A stretch of 53,255 nucleotides of DNA from an uncultured archaeon (GTDB taxonomy: Archaea > Asgardarchaeota > Lokiarchaeia > Sigyniarchaeales > SOKP01): assembly GCA_964632315.1 (NCBI GenBank), contig CAZWEM010000031.1:1-53255 (forward strand), read 5' to 3'. Below the pieces are notes generated by a model. That model had not been told where the DNA came from, made no database searches, and was given only the letters and a program-made list of their open reading frames with translations. Every line of letters starts with the position of its first letter. The first letter of the stretch is position 1. A program made the translations under genes and the position numbers. Shown here piece by piece: positions 46,688-53,255 of this stretch.

Positions 46688-47983
46688 ATGGCAAAAGTAA
46701 CTATTATTCACCGAGATGAAATTCCTGGGTTACCAAGTAAATACACTGATGATGAGTTTCAAGTGGTTCTTGGAATGGTTGATGAGATGTTTGAACAACT
46801 TGGTGGAATTGACAAATATATAAAGCCAGGAGAGACTGTAGTTTTAAAACCAAATAGTTGCACTTATTTCGGTTCTGTAATGGTTGATAAAAGAACTGGG
46901 GAAGAATGTGTCAATCTACAGGGAGCTGCTAACACCGATGCTAGAGTTTTAGCGGCCATAACCAAGTTGGCTTTAGAAAAAGGTCATGCTAAAGAAGTAT
47001 TAACAGCTGAGACGTGTGCATTTGATTATCATGAGCGGTGGCAAGCTTGCATTACATTAGATGTTTCCGGAATAAAAGATGCTGTGGAATCGGTAGGTGG
47101 TAAAGCAATCGATTTCAATGATTTTGAACGCGTTGAAATTGAAATTAAGAAACCTGCAAACGCAATGGATAAAATTCACGTTCCAGAACTCCTAACTAGG
47201 GAGGATGTTGCTTTTTTTAATTGTCCTGCTATGAAAACACACAGCTTTGAAACATTAACATTAGGGATGAAAAATTATCAAGGTATTTTCAAGTGGGAAG
47301 ATAAATTAATTGCTCATGATGGTAAATTAAGTTTAAAATTCGTTGATATCGCAAAAACTCTTCCGCCTCGACTTACAATTACAAGCGGATTGTGGGCTGT
47401 TCAAGGGCAGGGACCTATTCCGATGCGTGGACATGATTATATGACTATTACTGATATGAACACGATTGTAGCTGGAGATAATGTAGTTGCGACTGATGCA
47501 GTCACTGCAAGAGTGATGGGTTTTGATCCTATGGAAGTTCGGACAATCAGAATGGGAGCCCATCTTGGTGCTGGACCCTTAGATCTCAATGAGATAGAAT
47601 TATCTGGTGCTTCGATTGATTCTGTGAAAAGAGATTTCATGAAACCATCAGGGGAATGTAATGGAATTTATCCAACTGTTCGCGTAATTGAAGGAAGTCC
47701 TTGTTATGTGTGTAAAGCACTTGTAAGAGCGATCTGTGATGGGCTTTCATTTACATTTAAAAAACTACATGAACACGATGAAGATCCAATCTTTGTTCTA
47801 GGACATCATTGTTATATTCCGGAAGATATCAGAGGTTCAGATAAAGAAGTTTGGGTTATAGGAGATTGTGCTGAACCATATAAAGACATAACATCTAACA
47901 CTCACTTTTATCCGGGATGCTGCCCGATGCAAGCAAATATTGAATTACCTGGAACAATTGTGAGTAAATGGAAAGGATTGTAA
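46688..47983 (+). CDS. DUF362-family Fe-S protein
   Basis: GETVVLKPN, P.MKTH, TLGMKN..G, GQGP, D.VATD, Cys-rich C-terminus (CYVC, GDC, PGCCP). ATG 46688 has GAGG upstream and is preferred over TTG 46637. Confidence 0.82.
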   Translation: MAKVTIIHRDEIPGLPSKYTDDEFQVVLGMVDEMFEQLGGIDKYIKPGETVVLKPNSCTYFGSVMVDKRTGEECVNLQGAANTDARVLAAITKLALEKGHAKEVLTAETCAFDYHERWQACITLDVSGIKDAVESVGGKAIDFNDFERVEIEIKKPANAMDKIHVPELLTREDVAFFNCPAMKTHSFETLTLGMKNYQGIFKWEDKLIAHDGKLSLKFVDIAKTLPPRLTITSGLWAVQGQGPIPMRGHDYMTITDMNTIVAGDNVVATDAVTARVMGFDPMEVRTIRMGAHLGAGPLDLNEIELSGASIDSVKRDFMKPSGECNGIYPTVRVIEGSPCYVCKALVRAICDGLSFTFKKLHEHDEDPIFVLGHHCYIPEDIRGSDKEVWVIGDCAEPYKDITSNTHFYPGCCPMQANIELPGTIVSKWKGL

Positions 47984-47995
47984 GAAGAAATTAAA

Positions 47996-48021
47996 TTTCT
48001 TTTATTTTTTTATCTTATTTT
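47996..48021 (+). terminator. Oligo-T tract after DUF362 gene (archaeal-type terminator candidate)
   Basis: TTTCTTTTATTTTTTTATCTTATTTT just after the stop, between convergent genes. Confidence 0.35.
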
Positions 48022-48032
48022 AATTGTAAAGT

Positions 48033-49241
48033 CTATTCTTCAGCTTTTATCTTCTTTATTTCTTCTATTAAGATTGGAATTACTTTATGTAAATCCCCCA
48101 CAATGCAATAATGTGCTACTGAAAAGATTGGTGCGTTAGGATCTCTATTTATAGCCACGATAATTTCTGAATTTTGCATTCCTACTAAATGTTGGATGGC
48201 TCCTGAAATTCCGCAAGCTATGTACAATTTGGGGGAAACAGTTTTTCCAGTTTGTCCTACTTGCCTATCGGCATCGATCCAATTGAGCTCAATAGTTACT
48301 CTGGATCCACCAACTTCTGCCCCTAAAACTTCAGCTAATTCTCTTATCAATTTAAAGCCTTCTTTTGAACCTACTCCTCTGCCACCTGAAACGATTATTT
48401 CAGCATCTTCGAGATTAATCTGTATTTTTTGTTTTTTAATGACCTTGAGAAGTTTTGTAACAGAATCTTTTTCCTGCAATTTCTTTTCAATCGTGGTTAT
48501 TTTGGCCTTCTTGTGAAGCTCTTTGTTAGCTTTAAAAATTCCAGGCCTCACAGTAGCCATTTGAGGTCTACTTACCGGAGTCCGAATAGTAGCCATCAAA
48601 TTTCCCCCAAAAGTTGGTCTAGTTTGTCGCAAATTTCTTGTGTCTTCTTCAACTTCAAGTCCAGTGCAATCTGCAGTTAATCCAGCGTTTAATCTCTTCG
48701 CAAGTCTAGGAGCAAAATCTCTTCCAGTTGGAGTTGCACCAATTAATACTATTTCTGGTTTCTTTTCAGTCACTTGTTCTGTTAGTATATTTACATATAA
48801 ATCCGAATAATAATGTTTAAGCATCTTGGATTTTATGTATAAAACCTCATCAGCACCATAATCTCCAAAATCTTGTAATTTATCATCAAACTCGTCTCCT
48901 AAAAGTACCAAGGATAAAGTAGTTTTTAAAAGATCCGCTAATTCTCTTCCTTTCCCTAGTAATTGATAAGCAACTTTATGAATTTGCCCATCAAAATGTT
49001 CTGCTATCACCCACACTCCATGGTATAGGGATTTATCAACTTTATCTACATATTCCGTTCTTTCAAGCGTTATAGCGTCTACAGGACAAGCATCTACACA
49101 AGCACCACATAAGTTGCATTCAGATGTAATTACAGCTGATCGTGTTTCTCCTGTATCCACGATCTTGATTCCTCCGTAAGGGCATGACGCTATACAAGAT
49201 TCACATGCAGTACATAATTCACTATCGACTTTTATACTCAT
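48033..49241 (-). CDS. etfA: Electron transfer flavoprotein alpha subunit with N-terminal 2x[4Fe-4S] ferredoxin domain
   Basis: CTACESCIASCP and CNLCGACVDACP; GLTADCT, TRPTFGGN, VSGGRG, QVGQTG, GISGAIQH, AINRD. Confidence 0.95.
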   Translation of the reverse strand: MSIKVDSELCTACESCIASCPYGGIKIVDTGETRSAVITSECNLCGACVDACPVDAITLERTEYVDKVDKSLYHGVWVIAEHFDGQIHKVAYQLLGKGRELADLLKTTLSLVLLGDEFDDKLQDFGDYGADEVLYIKSKMLKHYYSDLYVNILTEQVTEKKPEIVLIGATPTGRDFAPRLAKRLNAGLTADCTGLEVEEDTRNLRQTRPTFGGNLMATIRTPVSRPQMATVRPGIFKANKELHKKAKITTIEKKLQEKDSVTKLLKVIKKQKIQINLEDAEIIVSGGRGVGSKEGFKLIRELAEVLGAEVGGSRVTIELNWIDADRQVGQTGKTVSPKLYIACGISGAIQHLVGMQNSEIIVAINRDPNAPIFSVAHYCIVGDLHKVIPILIEEIKKIKAEE

Positions 49242-49253
49242 TTTCTCATCCTC

Positions 49254-50057
49254 TTAGATAACTTTATCATCGTGGAGATTATTGCATAATTCTTGTACCA
49301 TTTCTTCAATAGTACCTGTTAAAACTACCTTCTCTGCTTTCCTTTTTGGAATGAAGATCTTCCAAACTTCTGTCATAGAACCATTTAGTCCCAATTCTTT
49401 TTTATCTGCTCCTAAATCTTCAGCATTCAAACGAATTACTTTTTTTTTCTGATATGCATTCACTATTCCTTTCATTCCTGGAACTCTTGGTTCATTTATT
49501 TCTTTTAAAACTGAAATTAAAACTGGAACAATTGTTTCAATTTGAACGACTTCTTCACTTCTAAACGCTCTTTCTACAATAATGTTATTGCCTTTAAGCT
49601 CAAATTTCATTACATATGTTATTTGAGGAATTTTCAACTCTTCTGCTAATTCTGGTCCTACTTGGGCTGTATCTCCATCAATTGCCTGAGTTCCGCAAAT
49701 TACAATGTAATCTTTCTCATCTTTTTCGCTCAATAATTTTTTTATTGCTAAAGCAAGCGTATGGGAAGTTGCTAAAGTATCTGCCCCAGCAAATGCTCGA
49801 TCAGTAAGGAGATATGCTTTATCTGCTCCCATAGAGAGCACTTCCCTCAACGCTTCCTCTGCTTGAGGTGGGCCCATGCTAAGAGCAATTACTTCAGCTT
49901 CGTGTTTTTCTTTAATGGTAAGAGCAAGTTCAACTGCATGCTTATCATGGGGATTCACGATTGAAGGAATACCCTCACGTATCAAAGTGTTTGTCTTTGG
50001 ATCGATTCTTACCTCAGATACACCAGGGACTTGCTTTATACAAACAAAAACTTTCAT
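49254..50057 (-). CDS. etfB: Electron transfer flavoprotein beta subunit
   Basis: VCIKQVP, NPHD, SMGPP, FAGADTLATS, QAIDGDTAQVGP, INEPR. Confidence 0.95.
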   Translation of the reverse strand: MKVFVCIKQVPGVSEVRIDPKTNTLIREGIPSIVNPHDKHAVELALTIKEKHEAEVIALSMGPPQAEEALREVLSMGADKAYLLTDRAFAGADTLATSHTLALAIKKLLSEKDEKDYIVICGTQAIDGDTAQVGPELAEELKIPQITYVMKFELKGNNIIVERAFRSEEVVQIETIVPVLISVLKEINEPRVPGMKGIVNAYQKKKVIRLNAEDLGADKKELGLNGSMTEVWKIFIPKRKAEKVVLTGTIEEMVQELCNNLHDDKVI

Positions 50058-50210
50058 AATTAAATCATTTTAAAGTGATTATTATTATAATGTTAGATCA
50101 AAATATAACAGATTATTATAAAATATTATCAAAATTTCTTTTCTTTTTTAGTTTCTCATTATAATATTGAAAATAATGTCAAATAAAAAATAAAATAAGG
50201 AAAAAGATGA

Positions 50211-51362
50211 TTACCTGCTCCTTAACATGTGGTTCGCAATGACCATTCTTTGAATTTCGGAGGTTCCTTCATAAATCTCTCCCATTTTTGCATCTCTAAA
50301 GAATCTTTCAACAGCATATGCTTTCATCAAGCCATATCCGCCGTGGATTTGAACAGCTTGATGAGCTGCACTCATACCCGCCTCAGACGCAACCAATTTT
50401 GCCATTGAACCGGCTAATCCATAATCCATCCCCTGATCACACATCCAAGCTGCTTTATATGTAAGTAAGCGAGCAGATTCCACGGCTGTTGTCATATCGG
50501 CAATTTTCCACTGGATTCCTTGAAATCTAGCGATTTTCATGCCAAATTGTTCGCGTTCGTTAGCATACTTAATAGATGCTTCCAAGCAACCTTGAGCTAA
50601 TCCTAAACATTGAGCTGCTATTGTTATCCTTCCATAATCAAGGATTTGAAGCCCTAGTTTAAAGCCTGCTCCCAAACCACCTAAAATATTTTCTTCTGCG
50701 ACCCTTACATCTTGAAAGACCAACTCAGATGTATTGGATGCTCTAACACCAAGTTTATCTTCTTTCACTCCAACAGAATATCCCTTTGTTTCGGTATCTA
50801 CGATAAATACTGTTAGCTCATTTCTCGAACCTTTTTCTCCTGTTTTTGCTACGACAAGTAATGTGTTAGCAATACCACCGTTAGTGGCAAAAATTTTGCT
50901 ACCATTAAGCACATACTCATCTCCGTCTTTTTCAGCTGTCAATTGTACCCCTCCAGCATCAGATCCTGCATTTGCTTCAGTTAAACAAAACGCTCCAATT
51001 TTATCGCCTTTAGCTAAAGGTATTAAAAATTTTTGGCGTTGTTCCTCGGTACCAAAGCGGTAAATCGGATATGCACAAACACTGCAATGTACTCCTGTCG
51101 TAATAGACCAGGAAGCATCCACTCTTCCGATTTCCTCTGTACAAATCGCAAACGCAATAGTATCTTCATGTAATCCCGCACCCCCGTACTCTTCAGGAAT
51201 ACAAGATCCGAAATAATTCAATTCTTTCATTTTTTGCATTACGCTTGAGTCTAATTCAGAGATTCTATCACTTTCCTCAGCAACAGGAGCTATATATTCT
51301 TCTGCGAATTCACGTGTAATTTTTCTTATCATTTTTTGTTTTTCAGTTAATCCAAAATCCAT
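50211..51362 (-). CDS. Short-chain/butyryl-CoA-type acyl-CoA dehydrogenase
   Basis: IPEEYGG, GAFCLTEANAGSD, LNGSKIFATNG, KLG.RAS.T, GRI.IAAQ, REQFG, QIHGGYG, IYEGTSEIQR. ATG 51362 (MDFGLT) preferred over 51428. Confidence 0.93.
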   Translation of the reverse strand: MDFGLTEKQKMIRKITREFAEEYIAPVAEESDRISELDSSVMQKMKELNYFGSCIPEEYGGAGLHEDTIAFAICTEEIGRVDASWSITTGVHCSVCAYPIYRFGTEEQRQKFLIPLAKGDKIGAFCLTEANAGSDAGGVQLTAEKDGDEYVLNGSKIFATNGGIANTLLVVAKTGEKGSRNELTVFIVDTETKGYSVGVKEDKLGVRASNTSELVFQDVRVAEENILGGLGAGFKLGLQILDYGRITIAAQCLGLAQGCLEASIKYANEREQFGMKIARFQGIQWKIADMTTAVESARLLTYKAAWMCDQGMDYGLAGSMAKLVASEAGMSAAHQAVQIHGGYGLMKAYAVERFFRDAKMGEIYEGTSEIQRMVIANHMLRSR

Positions 51363-51502
51363 CTTCGTTTTACTCCAATATTCATATTTTTTATCATTTG
51401 ACATCCTAAAAAAATTTATAGTCTCCATCTCAGAGATTTTTACATAAAAAAAGCGCTCTCTAAAGAAAAGAGAAGAAATTATAAAATAAATAATAATTAA
51501 TA

Positions 51503-52105
51503 CTAATTTTTCTTGTGAATTTTTGATTTTAAAAGATCTAATTCGTTAGTTATTTTTTCAATAGCTATATTCAATTGCTCACTTTTGCTATTCAATGCAA
51601 TTTTTTCTTGATCATTTTGTTTAATATCTTCTATTTCAAGACCTTTAAGTTCAGTTTCGACTATTTTTAATTTTTCTTGATTTTTTTTCAGCTCTTCTTC
51701 TTTACTCAAAATTTCCTGAAATAAAATATCATTTCTATCCATATCAACTAAATCTTCTATCTTTGCTAAATATCTCCTTATGGCACTTATTTTTAGTGTT
51801 TCATCTTCTTCTTTCTCGAAAAAGAGGGCAATATTGCTTTCTTCTCCAAGTTTGAGGATCATTATGGAAAGGTTATTTGTTTCAAAGATTATCTTTTCAT
51901 AAGTATTTAATTTTATTCGGCAAATATCATATAATTGTCTCATGTTATTTAACACTTCAGCTAAGTTTTCTCCCAGTTTTGGTATATTTATGTCTTGCTC
52001 GAAAGTAGTTTGAAAAATTGTTCCGTTATCATAAAACATGGCCACGTGTTTTACTTCAGGCAGAGCATTTTTAATTCTATTTATATTTTTAAATACCATA
52101 TCCAT
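51503..52105 (-). CDS. Roadblock/LC7-like domain fused to a C-terminal coiled coil
   Basis: Helix-PEVKHVAMF.DNG.IF-helix-IIFET..IMILKL..IALFF-helix fits the Roadblock topology; the last ~75 aa form an E/K heptad helix. Confidence 0.6.
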   Translation of the reverse strand: MDMVFKNINRIKNALPEVKHVAMFYDNGTIFQTTFEQDINIPKLGENLAEVLNNMRQLYDICRIKLNTYEKIIFETNNLSIMILKLGEESNIALFFEKEEDETLKISAIRRYLAKIEDLVDMDRNDILFQEILSKEEELKKNQEKLKIVETELKGLEIEDIKQNDQEKIALNSKSEQLNIAIEKITNELDLLKSKIHKKN

Positions 52106-52112
52106 TCACTAA

Positions 52113-53255
52113 TCAAATAAATATATTTCTAAATCTATTTATAATGTTTTTGATCGTTCTACTTAACTTTTTGGGTCCAAATTTAGAAGACAAATAGATT
52201 GCGCCAAGACTAAAAAGAATAATGATAATTATGAGAACTCCCATTATAGTACTAAATATTAGCGTATAATATATCGAGATAATAGTAAGTTGATATAGAG
52301 TGGTTGTGAACCCGATTTTAAAAAACTGTTTAAAACTAATAGGGCGTTTATTTGACTCCGCTAATTGAATGACAAGAATATTATCGCCCATCGGGGTCAA
52401 ATTATCACCCCAATTTGCACCTATGGCTAGACTATAATAAAATTGATCTCCAATATTAGAAGGAAAATTACTTGTTATGGTTCCAATAACTGGGACTAAT
52501 ACTTTAGTAATTGGGATGTTATCAATAGCACTACTTAAAATTGAAGAAAACCACAAGATGATCAGAATTTGGAAATATACATCCCCTCCGGATAAATTAG
52601 CCATTGATTCTCCTAAAACTTGAACAACTCCTAATAAATCAAGGGCACCTGCAATTACAAAAATTCCTAATAAATAAAAAATTAATTCGAGATCAATTTT
52701 TGATATTATTTGTCTTGGATCAAGTCGGCTTATAATGACTAAAATCAAAGCCAAAAGTAGTGCAAGTATATCCGTACTTATCAATGTACTGGGAATTAAA
52801 ATAAAACATGTAAATAAAGTCACCAATATAATAAGGCTTTTTACCATCAATTTTTTATCAGGCACGAAATTCCAAACATTGAATTCACGAAGAATATCAA
52901 CACCAGATTCAGAAACTTGCAAACTATTTTTATATATAAAAATGAAAAAGATAAGAGTCAGAAGGAAAATAAGTAAAGATATCGTTCCTACATTTAAGAA
53001 AAATTGAATAAAAGAAATCCTAGCATATGTACTTATTAAAATATTTGGAATAGAAGATATCGTAAAAAATGTCCCTCCAATATTTACTAAAATTGCTTGA
53101 GTTAAGATATAAGGCGTAGGATTAATATTTAAAATGCGAGAAACCGTAATAGTAAGTGGAATTAGGATGATTACAGTCAGTATATTGTTTAAGATTGCAG
53201 AGATCAGTATGGTTATGAAACAAAAGATACTCATTAAATATACTGGTTTTCCTTT
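52113..53255 (-). CDS. ArsB/NhaD/SLC13-type ion transporter (partial, 5' outside window)
   Basis: SAILNN, NIGG..T.I...PN, SSAIDNIP, GANWGDNLTPMG. The frame stays open to the window edge. Confidence 0.85.
   Translation of the reverse strand, partial: KGKPVYLMSIFCFITILISAILNNILTVIILIPLTITVSRILNINPTPYILTQAILVNIGGTFFTISSIPNILISTYARISFIQFFLNVGTISLLIFLLTLIFFIFIYKNSLQVSESGVDILREFNVWNFVPDKKLMVKSLIILVTLFTCFILIPSTLISTDILALLLALILVIISRLDPRQIISKIDLELIFYLLGIFVIAGALDLLGVVQVLGESMANLSGGDVYFQILIILWFSSILSSAIDNIPITKVLVPVIGTITSNFPSNIGDQFYYSLAIGANWGDNLTPMGDNILVIQLAESNKRPISFKQFFKIGFTTTLYQLTIISIYYTLIFSTIMGVLIIIIILFSLGAIYLSSKFGPKKLSRTIKNIINRFRNIFI

Noticed and set aside
470-53007. Many short ORFs in the track overlapping long genes (e.g. 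470-715, 5424-5792, 19219-19524, 48196-48516, 50734-51063)
   Set aside because: They are antisense or off-frame shadows of well-supported genes and carry no recognisable motifs.
1-53255. CRISPR arrays, tRNA/rRNA genes, transposases or integrases
   Set aside because: I saw no regularly spaced repeats, no GC-rich structured RNA-like segments and no mobility-gene motifs by eye; small RNAs could have been missed without covariance searches.

Overview
AT-rich archaeal chromosomal segment, most consistent with an Asgard (Lokiarchaeia-like) genome. That assignment is an inference from archaeal-type eS1/uS15, a Roadblock-fold protein, and paralogue-rich acyl-CoA, MFS and hydrolase families. It begins with housekeeping genes (GlmU-like 3' end, AidB-like acyl-CoA dehydrogenase, rps3ae, rps15, rdgB). 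Next is the standout feature, a tightly coupled ~16 kb minus-strand five-gene operon (4133-19930). It encodes a MacB/LolD-type ABC ATPase with an extra C-terminal PCI-like winged helix and two paralogous double-length FtsX/MacB-type permeases. It also encodes a 1292-aa membrane-anchored Ig-repeat protein ending in a TRAP-beta/BatD-like domain, and a ~1590-aa membrane-anchored subtilase with a cytoplasmic double zinc ribbon. The rest of the window is catabolic. It holds an SCP2-like protein, a truncated TFS/RpoM paralogue, three glycerophosphodiesterases around an MFS transporter, two ADP-forming acyl-CoA synthetase alpha subunits and three alpha/beta hydrolases. It also holds a TauE-UbiA-CCG/CCG-radical SAM run, iorBA with an ACT protein, a decayed sulfatase, GNAT, DUF362, a probably electron-bifurcating acyl-CoA dehydrogenase/EtfBA set, a Roadblock-coiled-coil protein and an ArsB/NhaD-type transporter. 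I saw no rRNA, tRNA, CRISPR array or mobile element. All family calls come from motif recognition by eye, not database searches.
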